From Podarcis erhardii (taxonomy: Eukaryota): a stretch of 64,000 bases of DNA. A model generated the notes under the pieces. It was not told the DNA's origin. It was given only the letters and a program-made list of their open reading frames with translations, and made no database searches. Below, in pieces: positions 26,386-38,217 of the stretch; the first letter of the stretch is position 1, and each line of letters opens with the position of its first letter. The stretch lies in assembly GCA_964252035.1 (NCBI GenBank), contig OZ176201.1; one strand, given 5' to 3'. The translations under genes were made by a program, and so were the position numbers.

Positions 26386-26728
26386 ATCTTCCCCTGAAGT
26401 AATTCAATTAAGAACAATTGTATGCCAGCCCTAGTATCTTTATAGAGTCACTAGTTTGAATACTGGAAAGATGTCATTTCCTCATCATGTCAGGATTACC
26501 AAATTTGAAACATATAGAGGAATTATTGTCAACACCAGTTCACAGTGCCACCTACTGAACAACAACATTGCTGTGCATATACATATGTGTGTGTGCACGC
26601 ACACACACCCACACCTTAATTCAACATACAATTCACATTTCACATTTTAATTATTGTTTAGGTTTTCCCCTCAAAACTCAGCTTAGTATTTCATGCCAGT
26701 TTGGTGTTTGCAAATAGCAAACATACTG

Positions 26729-26816
26729 CTTTCATCAACACCTATTCACATAGCGTTTGACAGATCGTATGTACAGTACTCAAAAACACTGCCTCTATTA
26801 AAAACCTCATTACAAC
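26729..26816 (+). repeat. Source copy of a local 83-88 nt duplication (other copy 26230-26312)
   Basis: The copies differ only by one substitution and a 5-nt agtac duplication. A tandem ttacaacttctgtgtcaa x2 follows. Confidence 0.95.
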
Positions 26817-27035
26817 TTCTGTGTCAATTACAACTTCTGTGTCAATTAATCTGTCAGCAAAATCACAATAAAAAGTAAAGGTTTGCCTATGTTGTTCCAA
26901 ATTGGTCAGCACTACTAATCAAGACTATGCTATTATATTACTAACTTTAATTTTCGCAGCGTAATTTAGCCAAAAAAGGTGAGCATTAGATTTGAGTAAA
27001 TACGGTATTTGATATTTGGTGGGATGGGCATGTAT

Positions 27036-27050
27036 GTTGCCATGGGCAAC
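27036..27050. promoter_or_regulatory. RFX X-box-like palindrome GTTGCCATGGGCAAC upstream of MEIKIN
   Basis: Matches GTNRCC(N0-3)RGYAAC, about 1.7 kb upstream of the MEIKIN ATG. Candidate 5' non-coding exon donors lie at 27521 and 27590. Confidence 0.4.
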
Positions 27051-28764
27051 CTCCAAGGACTCTGACCCTTCCTGGTTCTTTTATTTGCACAGGACTAATC
27101 CTTATTTCTGGGTCCCAAGAAATGCCCTTGTGAAGAAACTACTCCTAGGCAAACAGCACCCTTCCTTCCCAAAACAAGCAAAACACACTCAGACAAAACC
27201 ATACACATCAAACCACACACAGTAGGCCAAGCACAATGCCTGTCCAATAATCTAAAACATAAAGGAAAGGACACACAACCTTACCATGCAGTGACAGTTT
27301 TCTTTCTTACTTAATTTCTTTTAAAAATTATATTTTTCTTCTTTTCAGTGTTTTTCTCTTTTCCACCCCAAATTTAAGACGGTTTGGCTGCGAGGCAAAG
27401 CTAACTCTTGGCCTCCACCTGCCCCACCCTCTTCCTTTCCTAATAAATTTGGGAGTCCTCCTAGAGGTATTCTGGGAAGAAGAAAGGAAAATGGCCAAAT
27501 AGTTGAAATGCCTCCTACAGGTAAAAATAGAAGGGGCTCGAGGCCTGCAGGGGACCCCAGACTTAAAGTATTTATCAACACAGGTGCAGGTATGGATCAG
27601 GACCTGTGACCTGCGTCTTGGTTTGACTCCTTTATTTCGGCCACGCCAGAAGCCTCAGGACCTCCTGGCTCTTTGTTGCTGCCATTTGTGTTCTCTCAGA
27701 ATGGGGCTGAATTTGAAACCTGAGGCAGTTCTCAGTAGGGGAAGGGGAATACCCTGAGGCGAGACGGCTGTCTCCTCTCAGTTGCTCAGGCAGTATTTGT
27801 ATTATTTAATCCTAATGTTTCATTTTCTTTTCGCTTGGTTGCATGATCTTTTGCCCATAGCACTGCAGGCAGTCACAGTTAAAGGCATATCCACGCTGAA
27901 ACAAAAAGTGGGTTTGGACGTAGCTTGCAGCCTGAGGAACCTTGGGAAGTGTAGTTCTGTGAGGGAAGCAGGGCTGCTTGCCTGACAGAAAATAGTCAGC
28001 ACCTTCAAAAAGTTATAATTCACAGAGTGGGCAGGGAACAGTAGCAACAGCTGACAGTGATTTTTAGGTATGTGTTGCAGAAAGGGTATAAGTGTGGTGC
28101 GAAGGAGGTGGTAACATTCAGCAACAAAATCCTATCATAACTAGATTTAAACCAGCTTAATAGTCATCTGATATCCCCATAGAATTTTGGGAAGCAGAAA
28201 CGATAGTTTGAGGGATGGAAATGCTTGGGATCTTTAACCAATAACTCAGTCTTGTTTACTAATCTACAGCTCCCAGGATTATTCGTGGATTCATGTGAGA
28301 GAAAACTGCCAAAGGTTTATATAGTAATTTGAGTGTAGGGTGTTTGGCGCTTGAAATTATATTCTAGCCAATGTTTGTTTTTTGAAGTGTGTATGTGTGT
28401 TTAATTTGGTGAGGGGATATTTGGGTTTAGAATTGAACGTACTCTATGGCACACTGAGCTCCAGTGAAAACATTTGTGTTCTGTGGGGCTGACAGCCCCT
28501 TTATACAGTGAGTTAATATAGGATAATATGGGGGTAAATATGGATTTGTTTAATCCTTCAGGGAGTAAGCCACAGGAGCTTAAAGAAGTTTCAAGAAAGC
28601 CAGCAATCCACCAATAAGACTCTTCCCTTCCCTAAAGGTCATGGTTTTGGTTTTTCCTGGCATCTGTGCTTGGATTATATTTTACTTTTCAGAACCTCTT
28701 TTCTTAGTATTGCCTCTTACCGCTTTGTAGGCAGCATTGCTGTGAGGAAAAGCAAATAAAGAGG

Positions 28765-28870
28765 ATGGACTGGGTGAAATTGCGTTCCTATTCCCGGAAG
28801 AGGCGGGCTCAACAGAATGTCCATTGTGCATCTCCTATCCCAGCTGCTGCGGCAGCATCTGCTGCTGTAG
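28765..28870 (+). CDS. MEIKIN: MEIKIN first coding exon (MDWVKLRSYSRKRRAQQNVHCASPIPAAAAASAAV-G), phase 1 end; the exon probably starts at the 28693 acceptor with 5'UTR
   Basis: WVKLRSYSRKRR resembles remembered human MWPLRVYTRKKR. gtaaaa donor at 28871. Position between ACSL6 and FNIP1 is syntenic. Confidence 0.8.
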
Positions 28871-30386
28871 GTAAAAGGAATGCTAAAGCCAAAGGGAGTC
28901 AGCTGCGCCTAGATCTGCTTTCTGGACCTCGGCAGGAATCTCATGTCAGAAGTAATTGTTCATGCAACTACCTTGTGTCCTTCCCCATCACATCCCTGTT
29001 TGTCTGGATTAATTACAATATTTATTGTGTCTTTGCGTAGTGGCACAAAGGCCCTAACTACTCTACACTGTACTGTCTAAAAATATGTAGGGGTGAGAAT
29101 GTACTCTTAATGTAGTCACTTTATGTACTCTTAATGTAGCCACTCTTAATGGAAACACTTTATTGGTGAAATTGGTAGTGGGGAAGAGGGTGAGGTGTTT
29201 GTGAATGTGTTGGGGGCTTATCTCACCTGCTATGTCTTGATGAGTATTGTAGAAAGCCGCTTGGCCTGCTAAATGCATTACATGGGACACAGAGATGGGG
29301 CTCATTGCTTTCCTTAGTTTGGTTTGTATTCATAGTTTTTGTCACAGTTGCTCAGACCCTGACAACACTGAGCTCATTACTCCAGTATGTGCTCCTTCTG
29401 CAACACTGAATGTCAACAATGAACTCGGTCCTGATGTCAGTCTTTACCATCCCAGATAAAAATCACCAGCTGCAAATACAAATCAGCTGTCCCCAGGGCA
29501 TACAAGGATGAATCCTACCCTTTGAGCCACCTCACAGTGGAATCCTGTCTTAGGATGCAAGCACCATTGAACCTAGTGAAACTTACTTCTGGGTAAACAG
29601 GCATAAGATTGGGTCTTAAGCCAGTTGCTGTTTTGCCTTTTCCAAAGTTCTCACGGTTTTTGAAAGCAACACTCCTATCACCTGGTGTTTTTCCAAGCTG
29701 TTGAATCCCCACCCTCTCAGGCCACTTTCTAAATTTATGGTGCTTTCTGGGGCTCCTCTGCTCAGCGCCATTCTCTTACACTGGGCAACGACTCCTGTAC
29801 GCAATTGTGTGTTCACATATGGTCTGCTGCTGCATGCTAGGATTTGTGGGGTGATGTAGTGTGCCCCAAACTGACATTAGAAGTCTAGTGGAGCAGCCCT
29901 ATGTCTTCTCAGGAGTAGGTTTGTTCTCATCTGTCGCCAAAATAATTTGCCCCTCTTGAAATGCAAAGAGCAGGTGGTAAATCTGAATATAGTTATGCAC
30001 ACTTAAGTCAGTGGTGGACTTTGGTCTTTCAGATTTCAGTGTCGCCTTGTGGGCAGCCAAAATTCAGCACCCTTCCTCTCACCACCTGTTTGGCTCAATT
30101 CAGTACATCATAGTTGTGGTTCCCCCTATTGCAGTAGAACCAGTCATGCTGCCCTAAATCCACCTCTGCTTAAATCCTGTTGTTCCCAGAGGGATTTGCA
30201 GATTATTCTCAAATATTTTTGAAGTAAAGTGTTGCTTCATTGTGACATATCCCTCAGTCACATGACAAAAAGCTCCTTGTTACGGGGAGGAGGATAAAGA
30301 CTAAGTATGACTGCAGTCTTACCATATGGAGTATTTACCCGTGTGAAGAATAGGTGGAAATGTAACCTGTTGATGATTATTCTACC

Positions 30387-30533
30387 CAGTGCTTTTTTCT
30401 TGGGGGACGCAGGGGTATGCATACCCCTAAATATTTTGTGAATCTAGGTTTAGCCTCATTGAGGGGCAGTATTTCAATATGAGTAGGAAAATGAGAGCAC
30501 CCCTAAAAAATTTTTTAAAGAAAAAAAACACTG
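30387..30533. mobile_element. hAT-type MITE, 147 bp
   Basis: TIRs cagtgctttttt / aaaaaaacactg and an 8-bp TSD attctacc / aatctacc (7/8 match). Confidence 0.85.
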
Positions 30534-32206
30534 AATCTACCTAAACAGCTCTTAAAACTGCGCAGCAAAAGCTTTTGATCCAGATAGGCTTGGTTTACCA
30601 AGTGCATTAAATTGGACTGTCAGTAGGGGGAGCTTTTTGCCTTCTGATATTGTACTAAGTCTTGGGAGTATCAAGATTTGCCTTAATTTCTTTTTTAAAG
30701 AAACTGATAGCAAAACCTGATGAAAATTAAAAGGTGCAAAGGAGTTGCTCTTGCAAATCTCTGGAGAATGAGAGCTTAACAGGTGTCTTGATTTCACAGT
30801 TGTACTAGGACCTTCCTTTTGAGAGCAGAAATTCCATTATAGTGCAACTCTGAGGTTTTCTTTTGCTCATTCTTTGTTGACTTGCTAGAGTTGTGTTGTC
30901 CGTAGCCGATACACAAACGAAACAAATGTGGAGTAATCTACTGACCTTGAAGAGAATCTGTTCAGGGTGGGTTAACATGTTTTTTAATGCACCCAACTGT
31001 ATGTGCACATGTCTTTGCTTTGTTTGCATGCCATACTATGGTGTATCAGGGCTGTGCAGACTCCTGAAGAGGATCTCACAGCTGCTTTACTTCCCCCAAG
31101 TCATTTTACTCCTGTACTGCGATGAGTTTGGGTTGGCTTAGCTTGTTGTACAAACCTAGGCTCATGGTTAAGCTCTTTCCTTGTTTACCATGAGCTGCAA
31201 CCAAGAACAAACCATGTAGTTACTGTGACATATGAACTAGTCCTGCATATATTCCCATACATACCTAGGCAGCCGCACCAATTGCAGAGTGAGGAATGGC
31301 AGGCCAGCCTAGGCAAACTGTTTAATGGAGCATTCCAATAAATGATCCCGCAGTGAGGTTTAACAGAAGGGTAAGTAGGCCATTCACCCAGTGTTTAGCA
31401 ATCTGCTGGGTGAAGTGTTTGCTGCCCTCCATTAAATGCAATTGCAGCAGGGAAGGGTGTTTCACCAAGCAGTTTAGCAAGCTGCACTTTGAAGGCCCTC
31501 TCCATTAAACCTCTCTTCAGCCATGTTTGGTAATCTGATGGGTAGATGGGAGCTTACATCCAACACACCATATCCTTCAACCCTTGCCCCCGAGGTTTGA
31601 AAGCCCCATGGGTCACTTGAAGTCCCAACAATCAGGGCTTCAAAGGGAAACATTGCCTGGTGTCACTATGATGTCAGGTGGGCTGCATGGAGGTCGGGGA
31701 CGGGCTATGGGGTTTATGGGTGAAGTTTAAAGAATGGGGAGTTAGCCCAGGGGGTTGGTGAGCAGGGGCAGAACCCCTTGTGTGTGTAAGTGTGTGTGTA
31801 TGCGTCTATGGAAATGTAAGTTGAGTGGCTAATATACACTCAAAGAAAATGTGCACATAATCCATGAAGAAGAAACTGTGTACATTCCCTGTTCAATATA
31901 AATAATCTCAAACAGTCATGGAGGAATGTGCATTATCTCGGTTTGAATTTTGCACATACTCGGGGCACCAGAAATAATTACATTGAAGCCCTTCACTTAG
32001 CACCTGTATACAAGTTGGGTGAATGCCAAACAACTGTGACGTCTTAACACAAAGAGATGATTCTTACTCTCTCTTTACAACAGAGCAAATCCTTTGGGTA
32101 AATGTAGGACTTTAGGTTAATATCAATTTATACAGTTTATACAATATTTGTTCTGTTGGATCATAATCCTGTGTTTGGCTAAACATTCACTTTTTTCTCC
32201 CTGTAG

Positions 32207-32297
32207 GACAAATTGGAAATGCCTTTAAAAAAGCATTGCCCAAAATTCAAGAAGCCTCTGGGGTGACCCAGATGGACTGTCTTTCAGTTGAACAAAG
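32207..32297 (+). CDS. MEIKIN: MEIKIN exon (G-QIGNAFKKALPKIQEASGVTQMDCLSVEQ-S), 91 nt, phase 1-2
   Basis: Strong ttttttctccctgtag acceptor and gtatag donor. LPKIQE resembles human LSKIAE. Phase is continuous with neighbours. Confidence 0.8.
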
Positions 32298-32722
32298 GTA
32301 TAGATTCCAGTTATTCTATTATTGGATCTGGGGGAAGGTCTTGAGCACTTGAGGCCCCATAGATGTTGTTGGACTACAAATCCCATCAACTCTGACAATT
32401 GGCTATGCTGATGGCTTGGAGTCCAACAACTTTTGGAAAGCACCAAGTTCCACACCACCAGTCTAGAAACTGTCAATATGATGATGCAATTCAGCTTTAA
32501 TTGTATTTATAGGCGTTATGGCCAGGACAGAAAGGACTTGCCTTGTTTTGAGCAACATCCCCAAGCAATAATAATGCCAATTTCTGTTGTCAGTGTGTTG
32601 GTTTAAGTTCAGATTAAAAGAAATAATTCTTCTCAGAAATTCCAGGTATCAGAGTTGGTTTGAAATTGTCTATGAAAAATACAGACCCATATTTGTGTTG
32701 TATTTCCCCCTCCCCCCAATAG

Positions 32723-32801
32723 CACTGAATTAAATGAAAATGAAAACAGAAGCATGGAGGTGAATAAAAGTATCAGTAAAATGGGCACTGTTGTATTAAA
32801 G
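32723..32801 (+). CDS. MEIKIN: MEIKIN exon (TELNENENRSMEVNKSISKMGTVVLK), 79 nt, phase 2-0
   Basis: ccccaatag acceptor and gtatgt donor. Open frame with matching phases; weak homology. Confidence 0.7.
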
Positions 32802-33793
32802 GTATGTATTTAATTGTTAAACCTCTTAAATCCCAACAAATCTATGTACTACTAGTAGGGTAAAAACGAAAGACTGCTGCACCTTCAGAGTCCAGCCAAT
32901 CAAAATACATATACAGTATTTTGTATGCAGCCAGTGGTGTGTCATGGAGCTGGTTTGCACATCACACTAAGCCAAAATCACAATTAAGCCATGCTAGCTC
33001 CTAGGCAGCATGGTAAGTGGTCAGGGATGATGGGAGTTATAATTCAAAATATATGGAAAGCACCAGCTTGTTTCTGTATGTATTCTGTGGTTCTGACTTT
33101 AAAGTGGGGGCAAATCCATCTCTCTGAGGTACGTGGAAATATCAGGGTTTGTAGTAGTCACCAGCATAATTAGTGTACCAGCCTCTCTGATTGCTGGGAG
33201 AATTTTAGTGTGGAGGAATATTAGAAGTCATACTGTTTCAAGTGGTTGGTGTGGAACAGATGAATTGTCATAAAGACCTATGAATATTGTCCAGGTAAGT
33301 TCATGGTTATGCTCTATTCACATTGACTTGGATAGTAGCTGGAAATGTGCATCAATCACAATGAAATTTATACAAGTTGACAATACCACTATAGAGGTTC
33401 AGTGCCCAGGAAATAACCACCATATGGGTTCAGCTTTAAATTATTCTCTGTCATGTTAGTCTCCACACAGAACCTCTGATCTTAACAGAGACTGTGCTTG
33501 GAAGAAATTCTGGGGCTTTGTGGTGAATGAGAAATTCTCCCATTCTGCTTGATGACCTTCTGCAGATGAACAATTTACATAATTTAAAATTGCTTCCATG
33601 TGGCCATTGATAATACATTTCAAATCCAAGAGTTGCTCTGATCAATGTTAAGGAATATTTTGTTAATGACAAAACTGTGCAGAACTGTTTCTTTCTGAGA
33701 AATTATTTTCATGAATTTTGTATGGTCATAAGGGAAATCACAGTTTTATCTACGTCATACCTTGTCATCTGCATCTTTCACTGTTGTTTTTAG

Positions 33794-33854
33794 GATTCTT
33801 TGCATTTAAGCTCTGCAAGTAAAGAGAGTGCGAGATATAGTGAAACTACATCAG
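33794..33854 (+). CDS. MEIKIN: MEIKIN exon (DSLHLSSASKESARYSETTS-G), 61 nt, phase 0-1
   Basis: gtttttag acceptor and a perfect gtgagt donor. Ser-rich like the human DLQVDSSSSNSELVSG segment. Confidence 0.78.
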
Positions 33855-34109
33855 GTGAGTATGCTTAAGCATACTGGATCAGGAACTGTATTCTTCTAAA
33901 TATTATTCCAAGTTCCCTAATGTGACTAGTCCTCATGTTAATATTTTAGTTCCCCCAACCCAATTTTAATTCCCCCAGCCCAACTCTGTGGCCAGCGCTG
34001 AAGCTTTCCTCAGGAGCAATGCATATCACTAGTGTTTCTTGTTCAGCCTTCTACATAAGAAGAAGAAGGGCAGAAAAAAAATGAATTATTGGGTGAACAG
34101 GAGTTAATA

Positions 34110-34244
34110 ACCTTTGGCCCTTCAGATGTTGCTGAATTACAACTCCCATAATCCCATAATCCCTGAGCACTTGGACTGCTGGAAGTTATAATTAGTTGTA
34201 GTTCAGCAACCTCTGGAGGGCCACAGGTTCTTCACCTCTGATCT
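34110..34244. mobile_element. Short foldback MITE (about 120-135 bp family)
   Basis: cccttcagatgttgctgaattacaactccc ... agttgtagttcagcaacctctggaggg inverted arms. Further copies near 10240, 16325, 19345, 21480, 24580, 32340, 32990, 35650, 41500 and 45950. Confidence 0.75.
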
Positions 34245-34347
34245 AGAAATACCAGTGGGTGTTCTAGATAGCTTTGCTGAATGCTTGGGCTTCAAGTTGG
34301 TGCTAGCAGCATTGGTTTAGGTCATGTACTTGGTTATGTATTATAAC

Positions 34348-34491
34348 TAGAGATTTGCAGACCTTTTAAAAAAACACAGAAAAACGTTTTTCCAGTTTTT
34401 TCCTATTTCCGAAAAATTGGAGGAAAGGTTCTTCCCCCCACTATTTTTTCTTGGGGTGGGGGGGGAGGAATTCCAGGCCTTCACATCACTA
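34348..34491. mobile_element. hAT-type MITE, 144 bp
   Basis: TIRs tagagatttgcagacc / ggccttcacatcacta and a perfect 8-bp TSD attataac. Confidence 0.85.
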
Positions 34492-34971
34492 ATTATAACA
34501 GACTTCTAAAAATTCAAGTAGATTTTGAGCACGAGTCTGTAGACCAGGATATAACTTTTAATGCCTTGCGGATCTGTATAGCCCAAATATGTGGATAATA
34601 ACTTAATATTCATTCCCATCAACAATCCTTTTAATTGACTGCTCACAGTGGCTGATGGCACCTAAGTCCTAGTCTTATTTCCACCCTAATCATATTGTGC
34701 ACTTTGGGTCATTTGGTCCACTGCCCATCTGATGAAGAAAAGGGATCGCCAGTTACTTTGTTGAAATCCTCAATATTCTTATGAAAAATTGTTAATATAT
34801 TATAAACCTGTTCTGTTCAGTTTAATTAACCATTTTAAACCATGGCACTACATAGAAGTGGTGCTGTTTATCATTTCCAGGATACCTACAGTATTCCTTT
34901 TATATAGAATAAATATATTACTGCTTATGATGGAAGCTGAACATTGCATGTATACTGAAACAAGTGCAGAG

Positions 34972-35178
34972 GTTTGAGTATTGGACTAGGAGACTATGGT
35001 TCAAATGCGCTTTCAGCCATGAAACTCACTGGGTTACTTTGGCCCAGTTGCCATCTTTCAATCAAACCTCCCTCACAGGGTTATTGTGAGGGTAAAAGAG
35101 GGATGGAAAGAACCATGTGGATGTATGTCACCTGGAGCTCCTTGGAGGAAATTTAGGACATGTAACATAATAATAAAT
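34972..35178 (+). mobile_element. CORE/MIR-like SINE
   Basis: ggttcaaat...cagccatgaaactcactggg...cctcacagggttattgtgaggg core. A related copy lies at 57860-58080 and an older one at 40910-41135. Confidence 0.65.
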
Positions 35179-35417
35179 GAAAACTAATCCAATTGAACCT
35201 ATTACTGTTGCTGTTCTCCATCCTTCTCTCATGTGGCCTGCCTTCTGTTCACAGGACTATATTGTATAACCTATTGCAACATACAGTCTTTTTATTTCAA
35301 ACTGAAACCCAGATCTTAACATTTGTATGCATTTATAGGTGCCCAGCATATCAGGGTACCTGAATGAGCACTTGAAGACTGAGCAGTGTCCTGATCTCAT
35401 TTCCCCTTTATTTCCAG

Positions 35418-35558
35418 GAATGACATTACCCACAGGTGTTTCACATTTTCTGCTGCAGTGTTTGGATGAAGAGTCTTCTCTGTGCTCTAATACAGAATCT
35501 AGTGATGGAGCAAGTACTTATTCATCACCTGAGATATTCAGAGATGAAAACACATTAG
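35418..35558 (+). CDS. MEIKIN: MEIKIN exon (G-MTLPTGVSHFLLQCLDEESSLCSNTESSDGASTYSSPEIFRDENTL-E), 141 nt, phase 1-1
   Basis: tttccag acceptor and gtatgc donor. SSPEIFR matches human PSPELFR. Confidence 0.9.
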
Positions 35559-35730
35559 GTATGCATGCTTATGCTCTACATGTGGGAGTGACCGTTTGAG
35601 AAAAGCATGTGTGCTCTCATCTATATTTTTTAGTTGCAAATGTATGGCAGAAATTGGGAACCTGTGGCCCTCCAGATGTTGCTTTCTTTTCAGCCCCAGC
35701 AAGCATGGCCAATAGTCAGGGATCATAGTA

Positions 35731-35878
35731 TCTTAGAATTTGTAGAGTTTGAAGGGATCACGAGGGTCATCTAGTCCAACCCCCTGTAATGCAGGAATAT
35801 TTTGCCCAATATGGGGCTCAAACCCATGACCCTGAGATCAGGGTCTAGTAGACTCATGGTCTACTGACTCAGCTGTCC
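35731..35878 (-). mobile_element. tRNA-head/CR1-tail SINE (Squam3-type), antisense
   Basis: The reverse complement reads tRNA-like ...gagtctactagacc...gggtcatgggtttgagcccca followed by the CR1 tail gttggactagatgaccc...aaactctac. Confidence 0.8.
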
Positions 35879-36362
35879 CAGAGAGGAAAAACATTTGGAG
35901 AGCAGTTGACTCCACATCCCTGCTGTAAGGCCTGACTACATTGCATTTTTATTTGCTTAATCAAGCCCATCACATAGTCAAGTGGGGAAAGCTTTGCTAA
36001 TTGATTGTTGCCAAATGCCTCTTAACTTGGTCAGAGAATGACCATTTAATCCAAGGCTAGAGTTCAGAGTGTCCTTGGCAATTCTTGACCTATACTACAT
36101 TTTTTTGATTGGCTTAACCCCAGCACTGGGCAATCAACCATGCATCGATTGCTGAACAAGTGCTTCAAATTACATTCTCAATTATTGTTTGTAGGGAGGG
36201 GATCTAAAGTCTTTACACTTTATGCCATAATAAGCCAACTGAAATCTGTGGAGGTTCTTCAAGAGTGATCAGCTTACAAATGCAATGTTAGCAAACTTAG
36301 CATTGTAGAACTTCAAGCATTTCAGAAAGACGGTAGCAACCATATTGTGTTATGTGTTTTAG

Positions 36363-36479
36363 AAAAAAGCACTGGTCAAGAAGAATGCCTTGGGCACAGG
36401 AATTCAACCCTCTTGGATACCAGCAAAGCCATCAACATAGACAAGATGCCACATGTGCCAAATCTTTCACAGATATTGG
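36363..36479 (+). CDS. MEIKIN: MEIKIN exon (E-KSTGQEECLGHRNSTLLDTSKAINIDKMPHVPNLSQIL), 117 nt, phase 1-1
   Basis: gtgttttag acceptor and gtaacc donor. RNSTLLDTSKAINIDKMP matches human KNSTLLDTSKAVAIEKAP, the most diagnostic MEIKIN block. Confidence 0.93.
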
Positions 36480-37112
36480 GTAACCTTGAACATGTTACAT
36501 AAGTGTTTGGTTGCCAGCTTGAGTTTAAACCTTTCTTTGATGCAGAGGGCAGCAAATGTGGGTGTCGGGAACTTGAGTTGGTGCTTCCACACTCCAAGTG
36601 GCAGAGTTGGATGTCTGGAAATAAAGCAGCTTGATGATGAGACCATGGGAAGACTAAAATGGTTTGAAGAGGAAAGATTAAGCATCCTAGACACGATTGG
36701 TCAAGCTACAGGGTGGGGCAAATTCGTATATCCTTTTCTTCAGTCCGTCTCCTGTGTCAAACCAGCATCTATTCAGGGCTGCCCCAGCTGCCCAGCGACT
36801 TACTATAACAACTTCATGGTTAGCTCCAGCACCTATTTTTCTTGGGGAAGAAGCAATCGGAACAAATGTCAATTTGTTTTTCTGTGAATTGACGTTTGTT
36901 CCAGTTCAGGGCTAAACAGCTGATTTTCCTGGGGAAAGCAAGGGGCAAGCGAAAATCCTCTTGGACCCATGCCTTGAAAGCACAGGACAAGCAGAAAAGC
37001 TCAGACCTGTGCTTTCTGGGCATGGGGCAAGCAGAGGTGTGGATAAGCCCTATGTTGTGCTGTATTGCTCTAGCTTACCTTGATCACACTCTTCACATTT
37101 GATCTCTTCTAG

Positions 37113-37149
37113 AAACCACTTTAGGAAAAAAAGACCAGAGCATTACAAG
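37113..37149 (+). CDS. MEIKIN: Probable MEIKIN small exon (E-TTLGKKDQSIT-R), 37 nt, phase 1-2
   Basis: gatctcttctag acceptor and gtaata donor. Needed together with 38057-38091 to keep frame; little homology. Confidence 0.55.
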
Positions 37150-37169
37150 GTAATACCTAAGCAAAATAT

Positions 37170-37691
37170 TGTTACATGCCACCCCAGTCTCCGAGCGGTG
37201 TGAGATTCCAGGGGTTCCAGGTGCTTGCCCAGGGATTGTGTTTCTAAAGAAATGAGCCACAGTGGAGACTGTGATGTCTTTAGGGTATACGGTTTATTTA
37301 CACATACTGTATATACAACCTGAGTCTACGATGGAGGGGTTCAAAGCATTAACACTCCAAAAGGTTCTTGCCCCTCCCATGGCCATAGTCTTGGATGCCT
37401 GCAAAAATCAGCCATCACCCTCTGGTCAGCTTGCTATGTTTAACAGACTGCCACTTTTCTCTCGGGCTTGCTGACACAGCCGGCAACTATTTTTTCTCCA
37501 ACCAACGTCATCCCCAACTGCAATCCTAAAAACAACTGCTCTCCTTCCAGTTCTAAAACTCTACTTCAGAGGCTTTTGTCTTTCTAGCCAATTATGAGTT
37601 GAGAGAGGGGGTCGAGTATCTGACACCCAGGAATTATAAGCAGGGTCCAGGAATTAGAAATGGAATTCAGGCACCCCACAAACGCATAACA
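37170..37691 (-). mobile_element. Solo LTR, 522 bp (Gypsy/ERV-type)
   Basis: TGTTA...TAACA termini, 4-bp TSD ATAT (37166-37169 / 37692-37695), and a minus-strand AATAAA near 37293-37298. Confidence 0.88.
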
Positions 37692-38056
37692 ATATTTTTT
37701 TGTGTGACTGCTCTCTTTTTTAGAGACAGTATATATGCAACTGCTTGGAGTAATGACTCTGATTGTGGCAGCTACATAAAGCACTGCCTTCGCCATGGCC
37801 ATTAAGAAGCAACAGCTGTAGCCAGGGAAATCCCCTCTCGCAAAGAGAACACATTGGTGGAGCATCCCATTATGGCAGAATTGAAGATACAGTATTAATT
37901 AGTCTGTTGACTCATTAGCCAGTGTATTTTCACTAAATTTGAAGTGATATTAGCCAGTTAGGAAAGAAATCACTTGGATCTTAATGGAAATTTTGTGAGC
38001 AGCTAAGCATATAACTACTTTCTTACTTTCGCCTTTTTATTTTCTTACTGTGGCAG

Positions 38057-38091
38057 GCTATCAAAGCAGAAATCACGTTCTGAATTGACAG
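38057..38091 (+). CDS. MEIKIN: Probable MEIKIN small exon (R-LSKQKSRSELT-G), 35 nt, phase 2-1
   Basis: tttcttactgtggcag acceptor and a weaker CAG|gtgttt donor. Only the phase-2 frame is open to this donor, and it bridges the neighbouring phases. Confidence 0.5.
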
Positions 38092-38217
38092 GTGTTTCAG
38101 CTGTAGTTGCAGGTAAATAATGTTATTTAAAACAAACAAGTTGCAAGTTATGTGACACGACTAGCAGATTTGTTTTTGCTGTGTGCTTTTAAAATAACAA
38201 GTTCAGGCCACAGGGCC

